From Octopus sinensis (lineage: Eukaryota), in contig NC_043008.1 of the NCBI RefSeq assembly GCF_006345805.1, forward strand, positions 2,914,001-2,978,000: a DNA stretch of 64,000 nt. Reading direction: 5' to 3'. Every line of letters starts with the position of its first letter. The stretch's first letter is position 1. The translations under genes were made by a program, and so were the position numbers. The notes under the pieces were generated by a model. The model was not told where the DNA came from. It did not search any database and saw only the letters and a list, made by a program, of their open reading frames with translations. Positions 42,041-55,485 of the stretch are shown piece after piece.

Positions 42041-42629
42041 TATAATTTTCGTTCTCTATCTGGAAAACTGAAAAGTAGACACCCAATAGCATTTAATCCA
42101 TGCAACACAGTGAGTAGAATGCATCTTCACAATTTCGTTTATAATGAATGTGCAGAAAGATTTTTGCTCCAAACATTTCTCTCCTTAACATTAATTATAT
42201 TTCAATTTTCGGCAGTAGAATGTTTATTTACTCCAATTAATTTTGTTGCTTAGCCCCAGGTCAGTGTTTCACTGTGAAGGACTAGATGTAGGTCAGAAAT
42301 ATTATTTAGGCTATTTTTTACACCGCCTGCGTTGTGTCAAGGGAAACAATGCACATTGTGATCTCAAAATTATTTCAGTTTAGACATACAGTCATTTGAG
42401 TGAGGTCGAGGAACAACGAACAATTTTTTATTTCATTGCTATGACTGTTTGAATAAAACACTTCAGTAATGGAAGACACCAACAACCACTTCACTGACTA
42501 ACAAGAAACGTATGATCCCAAAATCAAAACGTTGACAAAGACGACCACAAAATCAATATCAGATGAAGCTTTTGAAATATATGTATTTATATAAAGCAGT
42601 AGCAGTACATGTAGTAGTAGTATTAGTAT

Positions 42630-42662
<33 letters not shown>

Positions 42663-42663
42663 C

Positions 42664-42694
<31 letters not shown>

Positions 42695-44537
42695 ATAGTA
42701 GTGGTAGTGGCAGCAGGAACAATGGCGGCGACGGTTGTGGTGACTGTAACGGTGGTAGTTGTGTTGTGACATACATAAGTATCTTCGGTATTATATCCAG
42801 GAGATTACTGAGTGACTGGAATGTCTCTGGCTAAATTATTTTAAAGTGGAGTATGCGCAGGCGCAGGGACAGCACTTACCTTGCTACAACAACAACACGA
42901 CTATGTAGTATAATATATATATATATTATATAATATATATTATATATATATATATAATGCTATATATATATATATATACATATAATCCATATACATAATA
43001 TATATATATATGTATTTGTATAATATAATATATATATATATACATACATATATATATACATATTTATATACATATATGCGTGTGTGTGTGTTTGTGTGTG
43101 CGTGTGTGTATGTGTGTGTCTCGGGTTTTCGCGTATCCTTCCATTAGTTTATCATTGTGATAAGAGGCGTACTTGTTAACAATTTCAGTTTTAACGATAA
43201 AATCACAATATGCCGTTTATATGATTCCTAATTATAGTGGGTTCGGTTGTTATTCCGGTCTATTTAAATATGTTCTTTATTGCATCTCCTCTAAGATTAC
43301 AGTTTCTTTCTCAAGGAAAACGATGCAATGACAAGAAAGAAGCTGTTTTTGAGTTGTATTTAATAGTAAGGTTCACATCGACTCGTCTAAACACGCTCAC
43401 TGACGCTCTCGTGTATTCTGCACGAAATAAGCAATCCATTGCCTTTATATAATCCGGGTGTGCAGTAGTTTTCTATTTCTTAAAGTGTCTAGTATGAATT
43501 CACCGAGGGCGGCTACTTCTTTCTGCCTCACAGATGCTTCGAAAATAGTTTTAGACCAGTAGAAAACGTCAAGGAAGGCTTCTTTCCCCGGTTCAACATT
43601 ATATTGTTTTCCCACCGAAATGAAGATATTATAAGTGAAAGTATTTAGTTATACGTATTTTTTAAATTTCATTTTGGGAATGTGGTTGAATTTACAGATA
43701 GGAATCTTCACAGTAATATCGAATCGCTAAGTAATGGAAACGCTGCACTTCCATTCCTCGAATATTTCTAATTCCAAAGTTAATTGGTATAGCAATGCAC
43801 CTGCTGACAATAGCCTCTTCACATTCGTAGGTGTATTAATTAACAAGTACATAGCGCCATTAACAATGTATTATTCACATATGGAGAGACTCACCACGCG
43901 GATTTCTGTTACTATTTGCACTTTAGATTATACATGCATATCCATAAACACATATACGCACGCTCGCAAATACACACATACACACGCACACAGCTATACG
44001 TTATATATATATATATTTAAAATTTAAATCAAAATGATTGAGAAAAAATTGGATATTAATTTGATAACATCTATTTTAACACCAGTGGTCTAGCATATAA
44101 AAAAACTGAGATTCAGTAAATAGTATTTAATACATAAACATAAGAGGGAATTTTTGTTACCAATATGTGGAAGATCCGCTATGGTCTTAACCACTAAGAA
44201 TTGTTCTTAGACAATCGTCTTAGAAATATAGACGATCATACTGACGATCTACAGATAAATTATCTAAGTAAAATTACGTAATTTGTTGATAGTTAAACAA
44301 TTGTTTATGTTTAATCTATATTTTTGTTACTTTTCATCTGTGTTGCTCGCTTACGTTTCTGATGTGCTAGATTTTCTGGAGAACAATTATTAGTGATTAA
44401 GACCATAGCTGATCTTCTTCTAGCATAAGGGCTTGAACATAGTTGTTACCAAAATTCCCCCTTATATTTATGTACATATACGTATATGTATATATATATA
44501 TATTAATATATATATATATTATATATATATCTATATA

Positions 44538-44613
<76 letters not shown>

Positions 44614-44679
44614 TGTATGTATGCATATATAGTTGAAATTTACAGAAAATCAAAAGAGTAATACAAGTGTATATCCGTA

Positions 44680-45200
44680 CGTTAAGACGATTAACTTTGC
44701 CGTTCAACTGAAAATAATTTTTGACCATCTTATGATTGTCTTCCGTTAATTACTGGATATTCTCACAAAATTCAAATCGCCTTCTATCATCTTAAGGATG
44801 AACTTTTTGGACTACTTGCAGCTTGTAAGGTTGAAACTTGAGGTGTTTGTGTAGTAACTTGTAAACTGTGTTTGTGTGGAGATGTAACTCTCGGGTAGCT
44901 CTTCTTATTGACTTTTTGGGGGCTGCGCACGACTTTTCTTTTAACTCGATCAACTATTCCCTATGAAATTGATGGTTGGCCAGAATTTCCCTTTCCCTGA
45001 TCACAGATACACCATTTCTAACTAAAATTGTTCAACCACTTCCAAATGGACTTGAGTGTAGGTGGAATCGTATGAGTCTGAAAGCACGTTGCATGGACAC
45101 AACAATGTTTGCTCTTGCAAATTCCAGTACACACCAGGTGCGTTGCAGTGGGGTGGCAGCCATTTATAGATTGAGGGTGATTCTGTCTCTTAAAACTATC
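44680..45200 (-). mobile_element. IS630-Tc1-mariner superfamily transposase relic (N-terminal half)
   Basis: MAATPLQRTWCVLEFARANIVVSMQRAF...SPQKSIRRATRELHLHTNTVYKLLHKHLKFQPYKLQVVQKV...RRRFEFCE...FQLNGKVNRLNVRIY, with stops and frameshifts. Confidence 0.8.
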
Positions 45201-45559
45201 AATCTATCTATCTATTTATATATATATACATATATACCCACACACACACACATATATAATATATATATTCTATATATATATATAAATTGAACTTCGCTCC
45301 CCTGTGGACTCGGAAATATATATAATGTATACATACAAACTTTCAGACCTTCAATATTTAAGCATAAATAGAGACGTATTTAATTAGATAAAATTTACGA
45401 GGATTACAGAATGTTGGCAGATTCAGTTCACCAAAATATGAAGGCCGCGATGAAAGCAATCAGCATGAAACAAATTGAGCCTCCTCACAAAGACAGAAAA
45501 CAGATCTTACATTTCAGATCATGATACGAATAAGTTTATACGTAGAATGTTTAAATGTG

Positions 45560-46370
45560 GAAAGCAGAAGTATTGGAGAAAAGAAATAGGAGGCTAGGTT
45601 GTGTTGTTGGGTGCGTTGATGCGGGGAAGAGTGAGAGGAGATAAGAGAGTCAGTTGAGGAAGTGGGAGGGTTTAATGATGAGGATATTCAAGTATAGATA
45701 GTAGTAGCAGAGATGGGGAATTGGGCTATGAGTTGGAGGGCAGTTTGATTAGTAATTGAAGGGTGGGGAGTCGTTATATTTGTGAATAGCTGTCAAAATT
45801 TAGGGGTAATTGTTATAAAACTATAAGAATTTGAAACAGTGGGAAAAGGGATGGCAGTATTTAGAAGGAGGAAAAGGATTTAATCCATAGATACTTAAAA
45901 TGTAACTATACGGGAATTGATGCTAGGTTGTCAAAGAAGGGGGTTTACTAAGGGTTGTAGAAATGTATTAGAGCAGATAAATGGATAGGTCAGAGTGCAG
46001 GGGTGGGTGATACGGTGGACCAGCTAGCAGTAGATATTATTATAATGACGGTGGGTTGGTGGTGGAGGACGGGTACTGAGATATGTAGAGGTGGATAGAG
46101 AGTGGAAGGTGAAGTGGTCAGTAGCTAAGGGAGTGGTGTATTTTTGAGTGCTTTGTGTTAATGAACAGATAAGAGATAATGATGAAAGTTCAAATATTGT
46201 GGGGAAGGCGACTATCTAAGGAAGGTGGGATGTGATGAGTAACAAGAATGCTCAAAGGCAAGGATGAGGAGGAATGCGTTAGTAAAAAGGCGGTGCTAAT
46301 GGAAGGAGTATGTTGCTAGGTCGACCTACTTTATTCCCAATGTTAAGCGTTTTTAAGAATATCTTTACCT
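45560..46370 (-). mobile_element. Decayed C/T-rich retroelement-like segment (possibly PLE ORF 5' region)
   Basis: Strong strand asymmetry (purine-rich plus strand). The minus strand contains ILSIYGLNPFPPS, reminiscent of the PLE LLSKGLNFxPTP motif. Many stops. Confidence 0.25.
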
Positions 46371-46426
46371 ATAAACACGCATGCCTGCACACACACACAC
46401 ATACATATATATGTATATGTGTGTGT

Positions 46427-46458
<32 letters not shown>

Positions 46459-46559
46459 ATAGAGTGTGTGGGCAAAGACACTCCCTGATTTCAGAATAAG
46501 TTAAAGCAAATTTATTGATAAAGATGTGAACCGATTTTCTAACAATAGTCATTTCATTT

Positions 46560-46682
46560 TTTTTCAGGTGATTAGACATCTTTGACCTGAAAACCACAGG
46601 AAATCTATAAAAGGCTGCAACCCCAAAGCAACGCTCTTTGTGTGTACTGGAATTTGCAAGAGCAAACATTGTTGTGTTCATA
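46560..46682 (+). mobile_element. Second, inverted 5' fragment of the 44.7-45.2 kb transposase family
   Basis: GTGTGTACTGGAATTTGCAAGAGCAAACATTGTTGTGT is identical to the reverse complement of about 45098-45135. Confidence 0.7.
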
Positions 46683-46945
46683 TGTAAAGATATTCTTAAC
46701 GCTTAAGATTGTGGATAAATTATATCGACCTACCAACACACTTCCTCCATTAGCACCGCCTTTTTACTAATGTATTCCTTCTCATAATATATAGATAGGT
46801 TAAGGACAGAATCACCTCAAGCAAAGATATATATTATATATATATATATATAGATAGATAGATAGATATTTATATATATTATCAAATAATATATCTATAT
46901 ATATATACATATATATTATATATATATAGATATAATATATATATT

Positions 46946-47014
<69 letters not shown>

Positions 47015-47250
47015 TATAGGGTAAAATTAATTAATTTATTAATAATTTTACCAAGTAGTGAGTACGTAAAAAAATATACAAAATATTCTATAATGATACA
47101 CGTAATTATAATCAGGGATCAATAAGTGCCTTGCCACGTACTAAATTAGAAAAAGACGCAAATGTCTTTTTAACTATCATAAAAGTCTCCGAGATAATAA
47201 CATTTTATGTAGGGAGAAAAATAATTGATGAATCCACACGACTTTGGTTA

Positions 47251-47312
47251 ATCACAGACGCGTTTCGAACTTAAAGTAAACAATATTTACCTATTGTTCT
47301 TCTCAGTGTAAT
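47251..47312 (-). ncRNA. Hammerhead motif in left arm of foldback (G8A)
   Basis: Minus strand: AUUACA-CUGAGAA-GAAC...GUUC-GAAA-CGCG-UC^UGUGAU. Stems I-III are intact and there is one core change (G8 to A). Confidence 0.6.
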
Positions 47313-47416
47313 ACTCCGAATCATAAATTTGCCATTGTTAGGATTAAATTTGTATGAGATCAAGCGATCAAGCGTACATATTTAATCCTGACACTCGCAA
47401 ATTTATAATTCGGAGT

Positions 47417-47481
47417 ATTAGAGTGAGGAGAACAATAGGTAAATATAATAATTTATGTTAAGTTCGAAACCTGTCTGTGAT
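47417..47481 (+). ncRNA. Decayed hammerhead motif in right arm of foldback (C3G)
   Basis: AUUAGA-GUGAGGA-GAAC...GUUC-GAAA-CCUG-UC^UGUGAU. This is the inverted homologue of 47251-47312, and the consensus of the two copies gives a canonical CUGAGGA core. Confidence 0.5.
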
Positions 47482-48021
47482 TATCCGAATTCGTGAAGAT
47501 TCATCATTTTCCGTTTTCCCTACATAAAATAACTGTGTTATTGTCTCGGAGATTTTTACGGTAGTTGAAAAGACATTAGCGTCTATTTCTAATTCAGTAC
47601 GTGGCAAGGAACTTAGCTGACCCCTGATTATAATAATGCATATGATTATAGAATATTTTATATACATATATATATATATATGTGTGTATGTGTGTGTGTG
47701 TGTGTGGTGTGTGTGTGGTGTGTATGTGTGTGTGTGTGTGTGTTTGTGTGTATGTAGGTGTATTGCATACCGAATCCAAGCTGCTATATTTAATTCGCTC
47801 ATCCGCATAATAGCCTCCGTATCAGCTCAACTTTATTCCTCTTGTAGCCAGTCTTTCCCCGCAGAATTGGATTGGTCCCTCGTGAAGACATCAGGAATCT
47901 AAGTTTGAATCATTTGAGCACAACAAAGTGTTTTCTATACAGGGAATTCTGGATCTCATCTGCTGTAGTATGGGTGTGTGTGTCTGCGTGCATGCTATGT
48001 GTATGAGTGTGTCCGCATGTT

Positions 48022-48024
<3 letters not shown>

Positions 48025-48064
<40 letters not shown>

Positions 48065-48109
48065 ATTATATATATATATAGATTATATATATAATAAATA
48101 TATATATAT

Positions 48110-48162
<53 letters not shown>

Positions 48163-48199
48163 TATATATATATAATTATATATATATATATATATATAT

Positions 48200-48231
<32 letters not shown>

Positions 48232-48467
48232 GACTGTGTGTGTGCGTATATGTGCGGCTATTATTCCATAATTTAATTAAAGTTGTAAATTGGAAATTTT
48301 TGAGATGAAAAATATATTTACATATATATGTGCGTATGTATATGTGTGTGCATGTATATATGATATATATATATATATATATATATATGGAGACAGAGAG
48401 AGAGAGAGAGAGAGAGTATGTATGAACGTATTCATGTACATGTACATATCCCTCTCTCACTATCTGT

Positions 48468-48540
<73 letters not shown>
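48025..48540 (+). repeat. (TA)n-dominated compound microsatellite
   Basis: Directly visible. Confidence 0.93.
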
Positions 48541-49224
48541 CGCGTGTAATTTAATTATAATTTAATAATAGAAATTTTTCAGATTGAAACAACAATATTG
48601 ATATGGGAAATATTTCACTGGCGTTAGCAAAGGAAATTAATTGAAATCTGTACAAAAATTTGTTTATTTGAGAGTAAAACAAATCCAGATGCTATTGTAA
48701 TACCGTAATGTCATGAAATGCATGCAATATATGGAATTGGAAATTCAATATTCTTGGAACTATATTCAATAATGCTTCGATATATTTTCAATGCAATAAA
48801 TGTCATAGAATTTTTCTGAACGATTTCATTGACTTTAAAAAAAATATGCTCGATCATCATTTAAAACAAAGGAGATCCAATGAAACGTTTTGTGCAAACA
48901 TATACACCTATAAACACACTTATACACACAATTATATATGTCATATTGTGTTATATTACATAGAATAAGATACATGCACGCACATTTATACATACATGCA
49001 CAAATGAAGTGCATGTATGCAAGCACAAACACCCAACAGTACACAAACAGACACATGTATGTGAGTGTGTATGTGTTTATATGTGTTTGCGCACGAGTAA
49101 TTGTATACCTGTGTGTGTGTATGTATATATATCTATATATCGATATATCTATATCTATCTAAATACATAGATAGTTTCGTGCGCTGAAACTAGATGAGAT
49201 GAAATAAAATTAAAAAATATGTGT

Positions 49225-49255
<31 letters not shown>

Positions 49256-49256
49256 C

Positions 49257-49321
<65 letters not shown>

Positions 49322-51311
49322 GAGAGAGGTAACGGTGTCAAGAAGACCCAATGTGTCAGGTAATGCTGAGTAACTGCTATGTACAGACGTTAGTTAAGCT
49401 CCATGTTTGGTGATTATGCGAATGAGGAGTCCAACGTAGGTAATATATTAGCGTGCATATATATAAAAAAATTAACAGAATGAGATAAAAATCCAAGGAT
49501 GTGAAAGATTTCAGAACACTTATAAATGTTCTGAAATCTTTCACAGCCTTGGATACTTATCGCTTTCTGTTAATTAAATATATATATATATATATATATA
49601 TATCTTTATACCTATCTGCATATGTATAGATATGTGTCTATCTATGTATATCTATGTATTGATTTATATAATTATATATATGTCTATGTATATCTGTGTG
49701 TATATATCACTGTACATATGTATGTGTGCAAGTCTAGTTACTTTTCGGTGGGTGGGATATATCAATATCTTTCAATAAGGAAGATATATTTGCTGTATCA
49801 TGAATCTACTTCTAAACTGACGTGCGTGTACACATTACAATGTCACATGTACCTTTAACATAATTTTCCAGGAGAAAATCACGTCCCTGTCCCTGTGAGA
49901 GGCTCTGTTCTGGAGTACTAAGTGCCATGCTACAGATATGAAATGTACTAGATGCATACACAGACACACACATAGAGACAAAACAAGTATACACACACAC
50001 AAACACACACACATAGCATAACTAACACAGAGAAGCATTGCAAACTGAAAGACTAGTGAAAAAGAAATGGATGTATTTTTAATATTCTTTTGTAATGATT
50101 ATTCTTAACATACCGGCTCATGTTCTGCCTTCCACCTATTTATAGCTTGTTATTCAGACATGCAGGAAAGGTAAACAAAAACCGAAGGAAAACAAAGAAA
50201 ATATTGCACACAGGTGCAATATTTAACGTGACTTTGGGGTCATGTCAAACCTATTATATACACTTGTTGTGTAATTTCATTGTGTATTCAGTCATGCGTG
50301 AAACAAAGCCGCAATAGTAACGCTTGTTTGACTCTTTTACTGACGCTGATTGTGTTGCTGTAATGTGGTTCAGACTGTGACTATAGAGGCAATTAAATCA
50401 GACACGAAAAGAGATTAGCTAAGTCTATGATTAATTTTTCAGCTTTATCACTAGCGTACAAAAAGAAATATTATTTAAAAAATACAAAAACATGAAAACA
50501 CAAACCAAGGAAAATAATTGCCAAACAAACAATGGAATGGAAAATATGAGACAATCTCGAAAGAAAAACAAAGAAAAATGCATGCAGTAAATAGGAAATA
50601 CAAAATTTTTGAACATACACACCTAGAGAGAAAGAGGTGAAACAAGAAAATAGAATAAAAACAAAGAAATTTAATTGAGGAAAATAAAAGCAGAATGAAA
50701 TATAAATATAAATAGAATGAAAACAATTAAAGCAGAATAATAGAAAAATATACGAAAATCACAAAGAATGAAATTGGAAGAAAAATAAAATCAACTCGAA
50801 AATCGTTGCAGTAATTAAGAAATACAAACATGACGAAACAAATCAAAATACAAGCAGACAAAACAGCACGAAATATGCACAAAAAGGAAAAAAAAAATCA
50901 ACGGAAACACAACCAGGAGAGAAGCGATTACTTATGAAACAATAAACGTAAAATCTACATTATTGAAATATAATAGTTGGGAACTTTCAGCTGTGTATTC
51001 AGTTTCGCCAGTGAGTCCAGTCTGCTACGGAAACTTATTGTTCCTTCGCTACCATTAGATAATGGCTGGCATCAATAGCAAATGAGTCATTACATTATTG
51101 TTGCAGAATATATTGGCGAATCGAGTTGGTATTACTTTCCGCACTTGTATCATCTCTCCTTATTTCCCGCTCTCCCACCATCCCTCCCGTCAAACATCTA
51201 GCCGCCTGTATATATATCTAACTATTTATGTATATATGTATGTATGTATGTATGCATCTATCTACTTATCTAGCTATATAACAGCACACACACACACAAA
51301 TATATATATAT

Positions 51312-51343
<32 letters not shown>

Positions 51344-51372
51344 CACATATATATATATACACACATACATAT

Positions 51373-51453
<81 letters not shown>

Positions 51454-51454
<1 letters not shown>

Positions 51455-52022
51455 TATGTGACAATTATTCGGTAGCCATGATAAAACTCCGAGTTTCGGG
51501 TGTCGGAGCGGAAACCCACGCCGGCATCTCTACACTTATTGGGACATCGAAAAAAATCTAAATGTAATTTTCTCCAAATTTTCTTAGAGTATAGATTCCT
51601 TGATGGTATAGTTATGTTTTTCATAGAATAATCAATGTTGTAGGCGTGTATATTGAATTCTTCTGCGGAGCAGAGTCCTGAACCGATTTCTGGCGATTTT
51701 CCAAAATAAGCTGTATTAGCCCTTACAGAAAAATACCGGTGTACGGGAAGTAACTTATTGATAGAGAGGACAAGACAGCAAAAGAAAGAAAGAGCCCTCA
51801 ATATTATGTAAATATAGAAATTTATCTGTAAATATAATATGTGACAATTATTCGGTAGCCATGACAAAACTCCGAGTTTCGGATGTCGGGGCGGAAACAC
51901 ACGCCGACATCTCTTCTGTTATCGGGCTACCGAATAATTGTTACATATATTTACAGATAAATTCCTCTCTTTACATAATATCGAGGTCTCTTTCGTCCAT
52001 TTGTTCTCTTGCCATTTCTATC
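51454..52022 (-). mobile_element. PLE LTR-like element with ~383-bp tandem period and ~100-bp inverted repeat
   Basis: 51454-51540 is repeated at 51837-51925. About 51759-51860 is the reverse complement of about 51925-52022. (TA)n lies on the left and hammerhead-like motifs are present. Confidence 0.6.
51863..51923 (-). ncRNA. Degenerate hammerhead-like motif capping a long inverted repeat
   Basis: Minus strand: GAUAA-CAGAAGA-GAUGUCGG...CCGACAUC-C-GAAA-CUCGGAG-UU^UUGUC. It has a U4A core change and one extra C before GAAA. A more decayed tandem copy lies at about 51478-51540. Confidence 0.45.
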
Positions 52023-54495
52023 ATATACATACATACATATATATAAATGAAAGACGAAAGATGGAAGATACGATAATTTTTATTAATCACTACATACCTA
52101 CATACATACATAGATGCATAGATAGACACAGAAATGTAGACATAGTTATGTAAACGTATATGGTTAGCTGTGTATTTTACATTTTTATACTTTCGCTGAG
52201 GCATAACGGTAATGGTAACTCGTGGTTAGAAAACAAATTAGTCCTGTTTTAGAGAAAAGCACTAGCAGTGTACAGATCATAACATCAATTAAGGAATTGC
52301 TAAAGAACAGGACTTACATAATTACTTGCATTAACATGCAGCTAATTCTTTTGCAAGAAGCATTGCACACTGACATAAGTGCTCACGTGCACACTAATAG
52401 ATTCTTCCTTGTCACATAGTCGAAATCTATATTTATTTAGAACGGTTATTAAGTTTGTTTACCGCAATAAACAAATATTACCAGCATTCCATTGTTTTGT
52501 CATTCACTAATTGATACATATATACATAGCGACATACATACATAAGATCAAATTTTGCTGACCACACGTACATCTGTTGCATATGTAAAAATGCAGGTTT
52601 GATCTTCCTCCTACACACTTCTGTATGTATCTAAAAAGAACGTTCTGATACAAACATAATACCCACCTTTAGAAACATCAACTGAACAGCATCCAATTCT
52701 CATACATGTGGAATTCAGGTGTTAATATGTAATGTGCTGCTAGCAAAACACTCTTTTGTACATCTAAACGTTGTGCTAACATTTGCTGCATGTGTGTACA
52801 TGTACGTGTGGATATGACTCCTCTATTATAAATCTCAGGTGATATACGAATTGACAATTCCAACATTAGCTAAAACATATTATATTGTATATTTACGTAG
52901 ATATATATTTGATAATAATCTTATCAAAATGTCATCGGTAAAAACTGGCAAAGGCACAAATGATGGAACCATGGTTAAGAACTCGAATCATTGCTTCTGT
53001 TTATGCAATTAACGACCATTTCCTACTTGTTATCAAATAGATCTTTCCTTGAAATCGTATTTGCACTCAGTCAAACCAAATGGTGAGAGATGCGAGTTCA
53101 GACATCTTTGTTCGGACATCTTTGAAATAATTGCGTATTTATGCGCGAGAATCCATCGGTGCGTTTTTAACAGCAATCAACTGATAAAATAATTTTCTAT
53201 ACTTAGTAATGTGTACATTAATTTCCAGTTCGTTATTTATGTTCTCTGGCCATATGGTGGCTAATTTAATATAATATCTTAATTTCTTAACTCTCTTTGT
53301 TTTTATTATAAATCTTCCAAAGTCAGATTTAGAGATGGTTTCTGAAAACATTTAATATATTCTATGTTCTTCTGTCAAGTTGAATTATGTTTAATTCTCA
53401 TTCTTCATATTCATTGCCAAACTGATCTATAGAAAATTCATTAAACAATACTCTAAAGCAAGAAAAGGCTTTAATTCGTATGAAGAACTTGAATCGCATT
53501 TTAAAAGCCGTGTATTTTTTGGTACACACAACATCATATTTTTTGAAGAACTACAACATACCAGAACGTTTACGAATCAGTAACGCCTCTGGGCATATCT
53601 AGATAAGACAAGTTATCCATCACGATATTTTAAATATGGAATGTCGATTTTTTACCATTCATCAGATCGAATTACAAATGTTATAAATTTACACACCTAA
53701 ATACGCATCTATGAAATTTAAAGAGCAAGATCGACGGTTGACTTATATATTATGTCATTTTCTTCTTTACCATTCTCTATACCACACCATATTCTAAACA
53801 CGTAGCGTTCCGCATTTGACTATTAGTGTTTTTCAAATAACAAAAAAAATTAATTAATTAAACACCACCAAAGATTAAAATCCTAATTTTAAAATGATTG
53901 ATTTAAAACAATTTCTGAAACAAGTAAATTTCCTTTCAAAAACTCTGGGATTATAAAAGCATTCTACAAACATCCAGTTGTGCGTAAAGTGCTTAGAGCG
54001 TAATATTCGCCACGAGGAAGTGTAGAGGTAGATTCGGGTACATCTAACGTTTCGGATTCACACAATGCTCGAGCTTGCGTTCAATAAAACGCAATACAAA
54101 ATGAGTTACAGTGAACTACTCACACATGTAACTACTCACTTCTTCCATAAACGCTACAAAAATAAAATTAAAATATTCCTACACGCAAGCCATTACTTTA
54201 CAAGGTTTGAAATTACATCTACCCTATTTGCATCTAACAGCTTGCATCTTCGCAAAAGTAGTTTTTTTATCGTTACAAAAGTTTGCCTGGCAAGTAAAAA
54301 ATAGTTTCGTGCACTTTCGTCATTCTGTTCATTCCATTTATTTCTATCTATACTTACGCATGCTTGTCTGGATGTGTACACGCATGTACATAAATATCAT
54401 GTACATATGTTTGAATAAATACATAGATATATCTAAATATGGGTAGGTATACATACATATATACTTATACACACACCACACACACACACACACAC

Positions 54496-54639
<144 letters not shown>

Positions 54640-55418
54640 TTCATGGAATGAATGTTAGTTCGTCCTTTAAATGGAATTATTTCCAAAGATTTCTCATGTC
54701 GTTTCTTCATATCTACTTTTGAATTTGCTTACATAAATTCGTATAGGTATGAAAACCTGTATAGAATTAAGCAGTGTATGATTTAAGTTTTTAAACACAG
54801 TTCAACAACTTCTTTCATATTTATATAATGGAAGCGATTAGATGTTAAAATGGATTACAAAATCGTAATGGTCATACATGTACTCGTCGCTAGCTGGTAT
54901 AAAAACTAAAAAAGACGTTAGAAGTACATATATGTTCTCTTCGTTATCATATTGGATTAATGTGTTCTTTCTCGTAGTCATGCAAATTTAAAACAAGATT
55001 CTCAAAACAAGACTATTTAAAAGAAATCTCTTTAAAGCAAGTTGCGGTACTAATAACATAGTGTTAGAACTCAATATAAGTGTGTCAGAAGGAAGAGATA
55101 GTTGCGTGCACAGCAGTTATAAGAAAATGGAATGACGAAAGGTAAGAAATTGGGTCATGGACTTCATGAACATAGAGGTGTTTATATTATAAGATGCAAT
55201 GTACTCCTATGATTCGTATGATTGTGTATCACTCATTCATGTAAATGTTTCCCAAAATAAGTTTGCACTTCATGCTTGAACCTCCAGTGAAGATGTAGGG
55301 TGATACAGAAGCATTCAAGTAAGAATCCATTGAATTATTGAATTTTGTAGCAGAAAAAGTGGTAATTTAAAGAAGTTCACATCATAATTTTTTATGTTGT
55401 CATCCTCTCATTTTTCAT

Positions 55419-55462
<44 letters not shown>

Positions 55463-55485
55463 ATATATATATATATATATATATA

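Larger units (their letters stand above)
47077..47662. mobile_element. ~586-bp foldback (head-to-head inverted duplication of a PLE LTR-like unit)
   Basis: The left arm (47077-47360) is a diverged reverse complement of the right arm (47375-47662), e.g. CCTTGCCACGTACT/AGTACGTGGCAAGG and CCTACATAAAAT/ATTTTATGTAGG. Flanked by TA-rich microsatellites, with one hammerhead motif per arm. Confidence 0.75.
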
